Below are positions 47,077-57,416 of a stretch of DNA of 64,000 nucleotides, in pieces; the stretch's first letter is position 1; every line of letters begins with the position of its first letter. This DNA is from Thermodesulfobacteriota bacterium. Lineage in GTDB: Bacteria; Desulfobacterota; Desulfobacteria; Desulfobacterales; SURF-7. The notes under the pieces were generated by a model. That model was not told the origin of the DNA. It saw only the letters and a list, made by a program, of their open reading frames with translations, and ran no database searches. Position numbers and translations under genes: made by a program. The stretch spans positions 128,001 through 192,000 of the forward strand of contig JBMORA010000063.1 in assembly GCA_049320885.1 (NCBI GenBank), written 5' to 3'.

Positions 47077-47430
47077 CTATTCGGTTCCTTCGCGGTCCAT
47101 CCGGTTCCCGATCACGTAGGCGTCCACGGTTCCCGCCAGCCAGCAGACCATGAGCAGAACCAGGCAGGCGCTCACGATCAGGTTGTCCGAACCGGTGGAC
47201 GCATTGGCGGCCGCGCTTGAGATGGCCTGCAGATCGATGGCGCCTCCGGTTGATTCCAACTGGTTCAGAATGCCGAGGGCCTGCTGGACAACCTGCCGGA
47301 TCATCACGCTCAAACAAAACAGAACAACCGTCATCCAGGCAAATCCCCGAAGATACCGTTTCAACATCAATTGCCCCAGACCCGGAAAAATCAACCCGGA
47401 AAAAAGGGCACCCTTGATAGCCTTTTTCAT
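47077..47430 (-). CDS. Small membrane protein of unknown function
   Basis: LFSGLIFPGLGQ motif and hydrophobic segments, VDAY near the C-terminus. Confidence 0.65.
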   Translation of the reverse strand: MKKAIKGALFSGLIFPGLGQLMLKRYLRGFAWMTVVLFCLSVMIRQVVQQALGILNQLESTGGAIDLQAISSAAANASTGSDNLIVSACLVLLMVCWLAGTVDAYVIGNRMDREGTE

Positions 47431-47708
47431 GACCCTGTTTCCTCGTATATTATGGAACCGTCTTGTCTTCGATTGCCATCAGTGGAGATGAGCTCCATTA
47501 GTATGGCATTTCCCCATTCTTTTCAATGAAATTTGAAAAAAGTTCTTGAAATCATCCGTCAAAATTCAGTAAAATAGCACTGATTTTCAAAAGGGAACTC
47601 AAACAAGCGGCTTCCATCACACCCCGGCCCCTTTCCGGCGGGACGATCTAACCCCAGATTCGTTACATCCGAATTTCCACGCAAAACCCATGGTCACAGG
47701 AGCGCGGG

Positions 47709-48572
47709 ATGAGCGACAAGGCTCACAGCTTTCTTAAGAAATTTAATAATCTGAAGACCTTGCCGCATGTCGCCATCCGTCTGACACAACTCATCGCCGA
47801 TGAAAGGACAACCGTTCGCGAACTGGAAGAAATCATTCGCCTCGACCCCACCCTCGTTCTGCGCCTGCTGCGGATGGTGAACAGCCCGTATTACGGTCTT
47901 CGCCAAAAAGTCGGCAGCATTGCCGAAGCCGTCACGTTTCTGGGCATCGACAATCTGAGGAATATTGTCGTGGTGGAAGCCATGAAGGATATTTTCAAGT
48001 CCGGCCGGCAAGATCACCGCTTTTCCTTCAGCAAGCTGTGGCTGCACAGCGCCGTTGTCGCCATCTGCTGCCAGATGGTGGCGGAACGCGTTTTCCGGCA
48101 GAAGGGTGAAAATGCCTTTCTCTGTGGAATATTGCATGATATCGGTTTGATCGCCGCGGCCCAGGTGGAACCGGACCTTTTTTTCCAAATCTGGGAGCAT
48201 GATATACCGGATTCAGGAACCATGATCGCGCGGGAAAGGGAAACCCTGGGCACGGACCACTGCGACCTGGGCTACCATTTGACCGGAGAATGGAAAATTG
48301 CGGCGCCGGTACGCGAGGGAATCCGTCAACATCATAATTCCGAGCGGAAGCTCTCGGCTTCGGACATCGGCGGTATCCTGCAGATCTCCGAATACCTCTC
48401 CTCCCGGCTGGAGTACACCATGATTCCCGGCCTGCGGCCGGGCCTCCCCCAAATCCTGCTTCAGCATTTGCGGGAGAACATCATGGAATACCGGGTTATT
48501 ACGGGAGATCTGCCTGAGGAAATCGCCAAGGCCAGGGAAATGTATCAATCGCCGGAGGAACCGCAGCCATGA
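47709..48572 (+). CDS. HDOD domain signalling protein
   Basis: [35 protein letters not shown]...W. Confidence 0.9.
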   Translation: MSDKAHSFLKKFNNLKTLPHVAIRLTQLIADERTTVRELEEIIRLDPTLVLRLLRMVNSPYYGLRQKVGSIAEAVTFLGIDNLRNIVVVEAMKDIFKSGRQDHRFSFSKLWLHSAVVAICCQMVAERVFRQKGENAFLCGILHDIGLIAAAQVEPDLFFQIWEHDIPDSGTMIARERETLGTDHCDLGYHLTGEWKIAAPVREGIRQHHNSERKLSASDIGGILQISEYLSSRLEYTMIPGLRPGLPQILLQHLRENIMEYRVITGDLPEEIAKAREMYQSPEEPQP

Positions 48573-50806
48573 TGCCAGCGAATGATATTCTCAGCGAGCT
48601 CGAAGATCGGGACGACTTCCCCAGGCGCTTCCTCCATTATATGGAAACCCGAATGCCCGATACTTGTTTTTTCATCGAAACCGCCGACGGCGGTTCTTTC
48701 GCTTCCCCGAACGCCCCGCCGGACATGGCAGCCCGGTGGGAGAAAATGCGAAGGAATGTCATCCTTCCAAAAAATCCGGCAACAATCCCGGGACCCGGTG
48801 ATTCATTCATCGGCGTAATACCGGTTGACGCATTCAATGGCTTTCTGTTTTTTTCCTGCTCGGGCGACTCGCCCATTGCCAGGAGCCTGGAAAACCGGTT
48901 GGTTGAATTGTATTTGGAGCATTTTTTTACCCGAAAGGAACTCGGCGACGAAAAAGAACGGTTGCAGTATGCCAAGAAACAGTATGAACGCCAGCATGAG
49001 GTCATGCAGTCCAAATACCGCGATCTCCTGGAAGAAAATCAAAACAACTTCAACATGATACAGGAGAAAGAACGGAATTACGCCCAGAAGCTGAAACTGG
49101 AAATCGACCACCAGACCGCCGAACTCCGCCGGGCCAACAAGCAACTGGAAGAGGCCATCGCCCATGCCAATTTGATGACGGAAAAGGCGGAATCCGCCAG
49201 CAGAAGTAAAAGCGATTTTCTGGCCAACATGAGCCATGAGATCCGGACGCCCATGAACGGCGTCATCGGCCTGACCTCCCTCCTCCTGGAGACGGTTCTT
49301 GATGAAAAGCAACGTCTCTACGCCTCCCGCATCTTGGGCAGCGCCGAAGCCCTGCTGGCCATTATCAACGACATTCTCGACATTTCCAAAATCGAGGCCG
49401 GAAAACTTGTCCTGGAAAAAACCGACTTCAATCTAAGTCTGGTTTTGAAAGATCTGAATGAACTATTTGCCATGAGCGCCAAAGCTAAGGGACTGCAATA
49501 CAGTTGTTATTTGCATCCGCACGTCCCTGTGAATCTGATGGGAGATCCTGTCAGACTGCGCCAGATATTGACCAATCTGGTGGGCAATGCCGTCAAGTTC
49601 ACCACGGAAGGAAGTGTTTCCGTTCAGGTCGTTTTGGAAAGTGAAGACGATCGCCAGGCCCTGCTTCGATTCTCTGTGGCTGATACGGGAATCGGCATTC
49701 CCAAGGATAAGCAAGAAATCATTTTCCGGAAATTCACCCAGGTGGATACTTCCATCACCAGAAAATTTGGTGGTACGGGGCTGGGTCTTTCCATCGTCAA
49801 ACAGCTTTGTGAAATGATGTCCGGCAATGTCTGGATCGAGCCGGAAAAGACAACGGGGGCGACCTTCCGCTTTACGGCGTTGTTTGAAAAACAGTCTGCA
49901 GATAAATTCCTTCAAAGCAAGGGGATCGACGGAACGTGGTCCCCGCCCATTCAGGAGCGACAAAAGCGCGCCGTCCGGATCCTGCTGGCGGAAGACGATG
50001 AAACCAACCGGATTGTGGCGCTTGAATTACTCAAGGCGGCGGGCTATGCGGCGGATGTGGCGGAAAACGGCAGGGAGGCATTGGAAGCACTTGCAAATAG
50101 AGACTATGACCTTGTATTAATGGATATCCAGATGCCGGAGATGGATGGGATCACGGCGACCAGGCAGATCCGTGAGTGGGAAGAGTTGCGGATGAAGCAG
50201 GAGGAATCAGACCCGAATCATTCGACCCGGGATGAAAAAAACCGGCATCACCATCGACCCGCCAGGATTCCCATCATCGCCATGACGGCCCAGGCCATGA
50301 AAGAAGACCGGAAGCGCTGCCTCGAATCCGGGATGGACGATTATATCACCAAACCCATCCATCGCAGCGAATTGGAGGCGGCCATCAAGCGCCGACTCTT
50401 TGATGAAACATCCGTTCGGCAGGCGCTGCCCCTTGAAACGGGATTATCCGAATCCACCAATTGCCGCACCGGTTTCGACTATCACGAAATGTCGACGCGG
50501 CTGCAGATCAACCAAGGCACGGCCAAAAAATTACTGGGAACGTACATTACCGTAATTCCAAAATATTTCGACCAATTAACCAATTCATTGGCCACAGGGG
50601 ATCGCGAAACCTTCACGCGCATCTCCCATTCCATCAAAGGGGCGTCCGCGAACTACGGCATCTCCGGCATGCAAAAAATCGCACAGGAAATGGAGTCCGC
50701 CGGGAGAGCAGAAAACATGGAAAAAGCGGCCGCCATGCTCCCCGTGCTTACGAAAGAATTCGAAACCGTGAAAACAGTTCTTGAAAATTTTATTCAAAGC
50801 CCCTGA
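48569..50806 (+). CDS. Cytoplasmic hybrid histidine kinase (HK-REC-HPt)
   Basis: [35 protein letters not shown] (MDIQMP), HPt SHSIKGAS. Confidence 0.93.
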   Translation: MMPANDILSELEDRDDFPRRFLHYMETRMPDTCFFIETADGGSFASPNAPPDMAARWEKMRRNVILPKNPATIPGPGDSFIGVIPVDAFNGFLFFSCSGDSPIARSLENRLVELYLEHFFTRKELGDEKERLQYAKKQYERQHEVMQSKYRDLLEENQNNFNMIQEKERNYAQKLKLEIDHQTAELRRANKQLEEAIAHANLMTEKAESASRSKSDFLANMSHEIRTPMNGVIGLTSLLLETVLDEKQRLYASRILGSAEALLAIINDILDISKIEAGKLVLEKTDFNLSLVLKDLNELFAMSAKAKGLQYSCYLHPHVPVNLMGDPVRLRQILTNLVGNAVKFTTEGSVSVQVVLESEDDRQALLRFSVADTGIGIPKDKQEIIFRKFTQVDTSITRKFGGTGLGLSIVKQLCEMMSGNVWIEPEKTTGATFRFTALFEKQSADKFLQSKGIDGTWSPPIQERQKRAVRILLAEDDETNRIVALELLKAAGYAADVAENGREALEALANRDYDLVLMDIQMPEMDGITATRQIREWEELRMKQEESDPNHSTRDEKNRHHHRPARIPIIAMTAQAMKEDRKRCLESGMDDYITKPIHRSELEAAIKRRLFDETSVRQALPLETGLSESTNCRTGFDYHEMSTRLQINQGTAKKLLGTYITVIPKYFDQLTNSLATGDRETFTRISHSIKGASANYGISGMQKIAQEMESAGRAENMEKAAAMLPVLTKEFETVKTVLENFIQSP

Positions 50807-50858
50807 CAGGTTCATGGGGGAAGATCGGGAAACTTAATGTCCGGAGAGGAGAATCGCC

Positions 50859-51551
50859 ATGCAACAACTGCAATCCATGAAAATCACGATCATCGACGAT
50901 GACCTGATGAGCATCGAGTTGATGAGATCGATATTGGAAGAAAACGGATTCACCGATATCCGGGCCTTCTCCTCCGCGCCGGAAGCACTTGAAGCCATCC
51001 AGGCCCATCGGCCCGATCTGGTGCTGCTGGATATCGTCATGCCTGAAATGGACGGATTCACCTTTTGCAAATGCCTGCGGGAAAAAGAACCCATGCGCCA
51101 CCTTCCGGTCATCATGATTTCCGGGGCAGGCCTGGAAGCGGATGAGACCATCCGCAAAACCTTTGAAGTCGGCTCGACGGATTTCATCTTCAAACCCATC
51201 CGCGCCGTGGATTTTCTGGCCCGCGTGCGCTCGGCCCTGACCCTCAAGCAAGCCTATGACGGCATGGAGGCGGAACTCGTCAAACGCCGGGAGGCTGAAA
51301 AAGAACAGCAGCGGCTCATCGAGGAATTGCGGGCCGCGCTGGCAAAAGTGAAAACCCTCAGCGGTTTTCTGCCCATCTGTTCGGCCTGCAAAAAAATCCG
51401 GGACGACAAGGGGTACTGGAAACAGATCGAAAATTACATCTGCGAGCATTCGGAGGCCGAATTCAGCCACAGCATCTGCCCGGAATGCGCCCGCAAGCGC
51501 TATCCGGAATTCAACCTGTACGGCGAAACCGCTAAGCCGGCAGGCGGATAA
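50859..51551 (+). CDS. Response regulator with coiled coil and C-terminal Cys-rich (putative Zn) domain
   Basis: REC (LDIVMP), LPICSACKKIRDDKGYW...FSHSICPEC. Confidence 0.88.
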   Translation: MQQLQSMKITIIDDDLMSIELMRSILEENGFTDIRAFSSAPEALEAIQAHRPDLVLLDIVMPEMDGFTFCKCLREKEPMRHLPVIMISGAGLEADETIRKTFEVGSTDFIFKPIRAVDFLARVRSALTLKQAYDGMEAELVKRREAEKEQQRLIEELRAALAKVKTLSGFLPICSACKKIRDDKGYWKQIENYICEHSEAEFSHSICPECARKRYPEFNLYGETAKPAGG

Positions 51552-51593
51552 TACTCCGCCAGCTTCAGGGAAAAATTGAAATAGTAAGGGTTC

Positions 51594-51664
51594 TCCATAT
51601 TAGCCCCGATTTCACCCTGGTTCAACAGGTTGTATTCACAACATCATTGACACACAATCGCCTT
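51594..51664 (+). repeat. 71-bp direct repeat, copy 1
   Basis: 68/71 identical to 54777-54847. Confidence 0.9.
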
Positions 51665-51689
51665 GAAAGAAACCCGTAGCGGGTGCTCC

Positions 51690-52931
51690 CTACGCCTTTT
51701 TTTTCTTTTTCTTCCGTTTGTTCTTCTCCCACTCCTCCTGCGCCCGGATGAGATCTTCCAGGTTTGCTTCTTCGGGAGGACGATCAATGGTTCGGGAGTA
51801 ATCCTTTTTGCTGATCCTGATCTCTTCGATCTGCTTATTCAGCAGACCCTGAATGGTGTCAAGCTTCTCCTTCTCCTCGCTGCTGCAAAAGGAGATGGCC
51901 ACGCCTTTGTTGAACCCCCGTCCTGTTCTTCCGATCCGGTGAACATAGTTTTCAGGTTCATCCGGCATATCATAGTTGATCACATAATGAACATCCGGGA
52001 TATCAATTCCTCTTGCGCTCACATCTGTGGCGATCAGGATTTGACTCTCTCCTTTTTTAAATCCTTCCATCACCTGGGTTCGAAGGGTCTGATCCTTTTC
52101 TCCATGGATGGAAAAAACAGGTATTCCCACCCGCTCCATGGCCTTGGCTACTCTTTCCGCCCGGACACGGGTCCGGACAAATACAATTATTCTGCTGTCC
52201 GGGTGTTCCTGGATAAACCGTTCCAGGAAAAACCGTTTGTCATCCATCTCCACATACATCACAAAGTGGGTGACATTTTTGGAAACCGGATCTTCCGGAG
52301 AGATCTGGATACGAATCGCCGTGCTTTTCACTTGGGAATAAGCCAGTTTTTTGATCTCTTTGTTGATGGTGGCTGAGAAAAAAAGAGTCTGGTGTTTTTC
52401 CGGAAGCATTTTTTTGACAGACTGGATATCCTTGATAAATCCCTTATCCAGCATCCGGTCAGCCTCATCCAGCACAAGGGTGTGTATGCCTTTGATATTG
52501 ATATATCCCTGGTGGATCAGGTCAAACATCCGCCCCGGGGTAGTGATCAGGATATCAATGCCATCCTGCAATTTTTTGATCTGGGCATCCTGCTCAACCC
52601 CGCCGTAGACCACAAAAGTCTTTACCCTGGTATGCCGGGACAACCGGTTGAAAACATCATGGATCTGTATAGCCAGCTCTCTTGTGGGAACCATCACAAG
52701 GCATTTAATACCCATCGTGCGGTTGCTGGTTTTGAAACTGTGGATCCTGTCGATCACCGGAATGGCAAACGCAAGGGTTTTCCCTGTACCGGTCTGGGCA
52801 ATGGCAAGCACATCCTCACCTTTGAGTATGGACGGGATGGATTTAAACTGAATATCCGTGGGCTTTTTAAACCCCAGTCCGGCAAGATTACTCTTAATAT
52901 CTTCTGAAATATAATACTGATCAAATTTCAT
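51690..52931 (-). CDS. DEAD-box RNA helicase (RhlE-like)
   Basis: Q motif PTDIQ, AQTGTGKT, PTRELA, TPGR, DEAD, SAT, ARGID, HRIGRTGR. Confidence 0.95.
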   Translation of the reverse strand: MKFDQYYISEDIKSNLAGLGFKKPTDIQFKSIPSILKGEDVLAIAQTGTGKTLAFAIPVIDRIHSFKTSNRTMGIKCLVMVPTRELAIQIHDVFNRLSRHTRVKTFVVYGGVEQDAQIKKLQDGIDILITTPGRMFDLIHQGYINIKGIHTLVLDEADRMLDKGFIKDIQSVKKMLPEKHQTLFFSATINKEIKKLAYSQVKSTAIRIQISPEDPVSKNVTHFVMYVEMDDKRFFLERFIQEHPDSRIIVFVRTRVRAERVAKAMERVGIPVFSIHGEKDQTLRTQVMEGFKKGESQILIATDVSARGIDIPDVHYVINYDMPDEPENYVHRIGRTGRGFNKGVAISFCSSEEKEKLDTIQGLLNKQIEEIRISKKDYSRTIDRPPEEANLEDLIRAQEEWEKNKRKKKKKKA

Positions 52932-52935
52932 GGAA

Positions 52936-53040
52936 CAGACCTTCGACGATTTTCAGAACTTCAACCCACATCTGCATATCATTGCAACCGACGGCTGCTT
53001 TTCCGACGATGGAACATTTCAGGTGGTCTTTAAACCGATT
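52936..53040 (+). pseudogene. IS91-family (Y2/HUH) transposase fragment
   Basis: QTFDDFQNFNPHLHIIATDGCF resembles the IS91-family pattern (H/Q)TFG..L.(F/W).PH.H....DG. Confidence 0.7.
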
Positions 53041-53042
53041 GC

Positions 53043-54668
53043 TCAGGCGGCATTCGGGATCATGGTATCTCGTCTGTCCGCCACTTTTGTACTTTCAATA
53101 TACTCCTCGAAAGTCATGAGCCGATCGATAACACCGCCAGGGATGATCTCGATAATCCGGTTCACTATGGTATTCAAGAACTCGTGGTCATGAGAGGTGA
53201 AAAGAATCACCTCCTGGAAATTGATCAGGCTGTTGTTTAAGGACGTGATGGATTCCAGGTCAAGATGGTTGGTCGGCTCATCCAATATCAGGACATTGGA
53301 TTCGGAAAGCATCATCCGTGAGAGCATGCAGCGAACTTTTTCCCCACCGGAAAGCACACTGACTTTTTTAACAGACTCTTCTCCGGAAAAGAGCATGCGC
53401 CCCAGGAAGGCCCGGGCAAAGCTCTCGCCCTCCGTGGGAGGAGAGAACTGCAGGAGCCACTCGATAAGGTTCCTGTCGCCGTTGAAATAGGCGCTGTGTT
53501 CCTTGGGAAAATACGAGTGGGTAATGGTAAGCCCCCAATTGAAAGTACCGCTGTCCGGTTTCATTTCCCCGGCCAGAATTTGAAAAAGGGTTGTCTTGGC
53601 CACGCTGTTTTTGCCCATAAAGGCGATCTTATCTCCTCCGTTTACAGTAAAACTCACGTTGTCCAGTACTTTTTCACCATCAATGGACTTGGTGAGTCCT
53701 TCCACTCGTAAAATCACGTTGCCACAGGGTCGTTCCGGCTTGAAGCAGATAAACGGGTATTTTCTTGATGATACCGGCATGTCATCGACGGTGAGTTTCT
53801 CCAAGAGTTTCTTTCGGGAAGTGGCTTGCTTGGATTTGGAGGCGTTGGCACTGAACCGCTGGATAAAGGCCTTCAGTTCATCGGCCCTGTCGGCGCTCTT
53901 TTTATTCTCCGCCTGTTTTTGATTCAGGTTCAGCTGGCTGGCCTGATACCAGAAATCATAGTTCCCCTGGTAGACCGAGATTTTACCAAAATCGATATCC
54001 GCAATATGGGTGCATACCTGGTTCATGAAATGACGGTCATGTGATACGACGATTACCGTATTTTGGAATCTGTAAAGAAATTCCTCAAGCCAGGCAATGG
54101 ATTTGATGTCCAAATTGTTGGTGGGCTCGTCCATGAGCAAAACATCCGGATTTCCGAAAAGGGCCTGGGCAAGGAGCACGCGCACCTTTTCGCCACCTTC
54201 GAGTTCCTTCATCCTTCTCAGATGCATTTCTTCGGGAATCCCTAGATTTTTTAAAAGAACCGCTGCTTCAGAATCAGCTTCATAGCCGTTCAATTCCTCG
54301 AATTCAACCTCAAGCTCGCTTGACCTGATTCCGTCCTCTTCGGAGAAATCGGGTTTTGCATACAGAGAATCCCTTTCCGTCATAATTCCGTGCAGTCTTT
54401 CATGCCCCATTATGACGGTGTTTAAGACCGTCTCCTCGTCAAAGGCAAAGTGGTCTTGTCGTAAAACCGCGACCCTCTCCCTGGGTCCCACGGAGACGGT
54501 CCCTGAGTCCGATTCGATTTCTCCGGCAAGAATTTTCAGGAACGTGGATTTCCCTGAACCATTGGCGCCGATTAGTCCGTAACAGTTGCCTGGCGTAAAT
54601 TTTATCGTAACATCTTTGAACAGAATCCTCTTGCCGTAGGCGAGAGCGACGTTGGTTGCGCAAATCAT
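53043..54668 (-). CDS. ABC-F family ATPase (YbiT-like, ribosome-associated)
   Basis: Two ABC cassettes, no TM: GANGSGKS, DEPTNNLD, VSHDR, LSGGEK, DEPTNHLD; start MICATN at 54668. Confidence 0.92.
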   Translation of the reverse strand: MICATNVALAYGKRILFKDVTIKFTPGNCYGLIGANGSGKSTFLKILAGEIESDSGTVSVGPRERVAVLRQDHFAFDEETVLNTVIMGHERLHGIMTERDSLYAKPDFSEEDGIRSSELEVEFEELNGYEADSEAAVLLKNLGIPEEMHLRRMKELEGGEKVRVLLAQALFGNPDVLLMDEPTNNLDIKSIAWLEEFLYRFQNTVIVVSHDRHFMNQVCTHIADIDFGKISVYQGNYDFWYQASQLNLNQKQAENKKSADRADELKAFIQRFSANASKSKQATSRKKLLEKLTVDDMPVSSRKYPFICFKPERPCGNVILRVEGLTKSIDGEKVLDNVSFTVNGGDKIAFMGKNSVAKTTLFQILAGEMKPDSGTFNWGLTITHSYFPKEHSAYFNGDRNLIEWLLQFSPPTEGESFARAFLGRMLFSGEESVKKVSVLSGGEKVRCMLSRMMLSESNVLILDEPTNHLDLESITSLNNSLINFQEVILFTSHDHEFLNTIVNRIIEIIPGGVIDRLMTFEEYIESTKVADRRDTMIPNAA

Positions 54669-54691
54669 TGCCGATTCCTTTTCATGAAAAT

Positions 54692-54723
54692 AAAAAAAAC
54701 CACAGGAACTTCGATCCCGTGGC
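54692..54723 (-). terminator. Intrinsic terminator-like hairpin in the ABC-F leader
   Basis: Minus strand GCCACGGGA-TCGAAGT-TCCTGTGG followed by T8, ending 23 nt before the ATG. Confidence 0.55.
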
Positions 54724-54776
54724 TCAAAAGAGGAGAGTCGTATAGCATTTAACAAAGTGAAAGGGAATCTTTTTTT

Positions 54777-54847
54777 TCCATATTAGCCCCAAATTCACCC
54801 TGGTTCAACAGGTTGTATTCACAACATCATTGACACACAATCACCTT
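54777..54847 (+). repeat. 71-bp direct repeat, copy 2
   Basis: 68/71 identical to 51594-51664. Confidence 0.9.
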
Positions 54848-54858
54848 TCGAATATAGT
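54830..54858 (+). promoter_or_regulatory. Sigma70 promoter pointing out of the insert towards the glycosyltransferases
   Basis: TTGACA-17 bp-TATAGT. Confidence 0.55.
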
Positions 54859-55024
54859 CCGATACGAAAAAAGCAAGGTCTTATCCCTTTTATCCCCATC
54901 CCTTAAAAATAGTAAGGGTTCTCCATAGCCTTGCAAAGTTGGATGGAGATGGATTGAAATCCGAAACGGGCTTACCTTCAGCGAACGAAAAACAGAACAT
55001 TACGGAAAAAAATAGATCGTCCGA

Positions 55025-56161
55025 ATGGAAATCTGCTTTTACGCACCTCTCAAACCCCTCGGACACGCGAATCCGTCCGGGGACCTGGTGACGGCCGGGG
55101 GGATCGTCGATTTTCTGTCCCGGCGGAATCATTCCGTCATCACGGCCAGCCGGTTGCGCTGCCGCTGGATATACTGGCAGCCCTGGCAATGGCCCTTGAT
55201 CCTGCGGGATATCCGGCGCTGCATCAGGCGCCTTCCGGCCTTGCGGCCGGAGTTGTGGTTGACCTATCATACGTATCACAAGGCCCCGGATCTGATCGGC
55301 CCATCGGTCTCGAAACGCCTGGGCATTCCCTATGTCCTCTTTCAGGGGATCTACGCGACCAAACGGAAAAAACAAATCCGCACCGCCCCCGGCTTCTACC
55401 TGAACCGCCGGGCTCTCCTGTCCGCCGCGCATGTGTTCACCAACAAACGGGTGGATTTCGCCAACCTGAAACGTCTCCTGCCGGAAAACCGCATCACCTA
55501 TGTGGCCCCCGGCATCCGGCCCGCGGAGTTCCGCTTCGACGAGGCTGCCCGCGAGCGCCTGCGGCGGGAGTGGGGCTGCGCCGACGCGCCGGTGGTGCTT
55601 GCCGCAGCCATGTTCCGGCCGGGGGTCAAGACCCGGGGACTGGAATGGGTGATCCGTTCCTGCGGACGTCTTTCCAGAAACGGCCAGCGCTTTACACTCG
55701 TGGTTGTCGGTGACGGCAAAAAAAGAAGCTATCTGGAACAACTGGCCCATGACCACCTGCCCCGTCAGACAGTGTTCACCGGAAAGATCAGCCGGGAGGA
55801 ACTCCATGCGTTTTACAGCGCCGCCGACCTGTTCGCCTTTCCCGGCATGGAGGAATCCCTGGGTCTGGTGTACCTGGAAGCCCAGGCCTGCGGCCTGCCG
55901 GTGGTGGCGTTTAAAACCGCCGGCGTTCCTGAAGCGGTGATCAACGGAGAAACAGGCTTGCTGACGACTCCCTTTGCAGCGGATGAATTCGATGACGCCC
56001 TGGCGACCCTGCTGAACAACCCCGCAATTCGACGGGAAATGGGCGAGACGGCCATGCGCCGCATCATCCGGGAGCACGATCTGGAAACCAACTATCGCGT
56101 CATGGAAGAGACGCTACAGGAAATCGTGAGGGCATGGAAACACCCCGACTGGACCTGCTGA
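55025..56161 (+). CDS. Glycosyltransferase family 4
   Basis: GT-B motif ESLGLVYLEAQACGLPVV, ADLFAFP, ETGLL. Confidence 0.88.
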   Translation: MEICFYAPLKPLGHANPSGDLVTAGGIVDFLSRRNHSVITASRLRCRWIYWQPWQWPLILRDIRRCIRRLPALRPELWLTYHTYHKAPDLIGPSVSKRLGIPYVLFQGIYATKRKKQIRTAPGFYLNRRALLSAAHVFTNKRVDFANLKRLLPENRITYVAPGIRPAEFRFDEAARERLRREWGCADAPVVLAAAMFRPGVKTRGLEWVIRSCGRLSRNGQRFTLVVVGDGKKRSYLEQLAHDHLPRQTVFTGKISREELHAFYSAADLFAFPGMEESLGLVYLEAQACGLPVVAFKTAGVPEAVINGETGLLTTPFAADEFDDALATLLNNPAIRREMGETAMRRIIREHDLETNYRVMEETLQEIVRAWKHPDWTC

Positions 56162-57306
56162 TTTACGCCCACGACGGCCGGGGCCTCGGCCATGTCAGCC
56201 GCAGCGCGGCCATCGGCATGGCCTGCCGGCGGCTGTTTCCGGGCCTGAAGGTGCTGCTGGTCTCCGGTTCGAGAATGACGGGCGACCTGATCGGGCCGGC
56301 CCCCCTGGACTGGGTGAAGCTGCCGGCCTATCAGACCACAGTCGTTAAAGGCCTCTCCCACGGCCGTACGAGTCCGGCCAATTTTTCAGACGCGGAACTC
56401 GGCTGCCTGCGGACCGGCTTGCTCGCCGATCTCATGAACCGTTGCCGCCCCCGCTGTGTCCTCAGCGACCACCTGCCCCAGGGAAAACACCGGGAACTGC
56501 AGGGCGCCCTGGACGTAACAGCCGGTTTGGACACCCGATGGATTCTGGGAGTACGCGGAATCGTGGGACAGGTCCCCGGATTCTGGTCGGAGTTGTCGAT
56601 TTCGGTTTTCCAGTCCCGCTATCAGGGCATATTCTGGTATGGCGACGAAGGGGTGCTGGGAAGCGAGCCCCGGAAAACCCTCGGCGACACTTTCGGCGTG
56701 CCGCCCGTGGAAACCGGCTACGTTTCCCGGCCCGCCGAGCTGAGCCATTGGCAACCCGGAAAAGCCCCAAAAACTCCCGGCCCGGCGGTCACGGTTTCCG
56801 TGCCGTGGATCGGCGAGAATACCCTGCCGATGCTCCAGCGCCTTTCCGGGGCCATCAGCGGCATCGGCCCTCATTTCGGTGAGTTTCATATCTATATCGG
56901 CTTTGGCGAGCATCTGGAAGCCTTCCGGATCGTTCATGAACTGTTTGATCCCCTGCCCTTCTGCCAGGTATCTCCCATGGGCGAGGCCTATTTCCCCTCC
57001 CTGCTCCGATCCAGGGCCGCGCTGATATATGGCGGATATAACAGTCTGACCGATGTGATGTTCGCCGGCATTCCGGCGCTTGTCATCCTGCGGGGCATGC
57101 AGGACCGGGAACAGGAGAGCCATGTCCGGCTGCTGAACCGCCATGGCCTGGATTTTTCCGTTCTGCCCGAAGGGGATGCCGACGAACGGTCCCTCCGGGA
57201 TTCGCTGGGGAATCTGTTGACGAAAACATCCTCCCCCAGAACACGCATCCGGCTCCAGGGGGCTGAAAACAGCGCCCGGGAACTGGCCCGGATACTCTCC
57301 ACTTGA
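56134..57306 (+). CDS. Predicted GT-B glycosyltransferase (GT28 C-terminal-like)
   Basis: YAHDGRGLGHVSR, GGYNSL, R...DREQ. Confidence 0.75.
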   Translation: METPRLDLLIYAHDGRGLGHVSRSAAIGMACRRLFPGLKVLLVSGSRMTGDLIGPAPLDWVKLPAYQTTVVKGLSHGRTSPANFSDAELGCLRTGLLADLMNRCRPRCVLSDHLPQGKHRELQGALDVTAGLDTRWILGVRGIVGQVPGFWSELSISVFQSRYQGIFWYGDEGVLGSEPRKTLGDTFGVPPVETGYVSRPAELSHWQPGKAPKTPGPAVTVSVPWIGENTLPMLQRLSGAISGIGPHFGEFHIYIGFGEHLEAFRIVHELFDPLPFCQVSPMGEAYFPSLLRSRAALIYGGYNSLTDVMFAGIPALVILRGMQDREQESHVRLLNRHGLDFSVLPEGDADERSLRDSLGNLLTKTSSPRTRIRLQGAENSARELARILST

Positions 57307-57416
57307 AAAAACGGATCAATTTCTATAAAGAGCAATAGCGTCCGACAGTTCGGCGGCCGGAGAAGGTTCTTCCGCCAACCGGCCGGAACCACAAATCCGA
57401 CAATGCAAAGGCAACC

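Larger units (their letters stand above)
51579..54927. mobile_element. Repeat-bounded insert, probably IS91/ISCR-family derived, carrying helicase and ABC-F genes
   Basis: 21-bp exact direct repeat AAATAGTAAGGGTTCTCCATA at 51579-51599 and 54907-54927; 71-bp direct repeat inside; transposase remnant; visibly lower GC than the flanks. Confidence 0.6.

Noticed and set aside
47590..47700. Possible c-di-GMP riboswitch upstream of HDOD (GGGACG seen)
   Set aside because: Lacks the GGCAAA / GAAA-tetraloop / GCAAAGC arrangement
52930..53193. 87-aa ORF as a functional transposase
   Set aside because: Only about 35 codons resemble IS91 Tnp; the rest is antisense to the ABC-F gene
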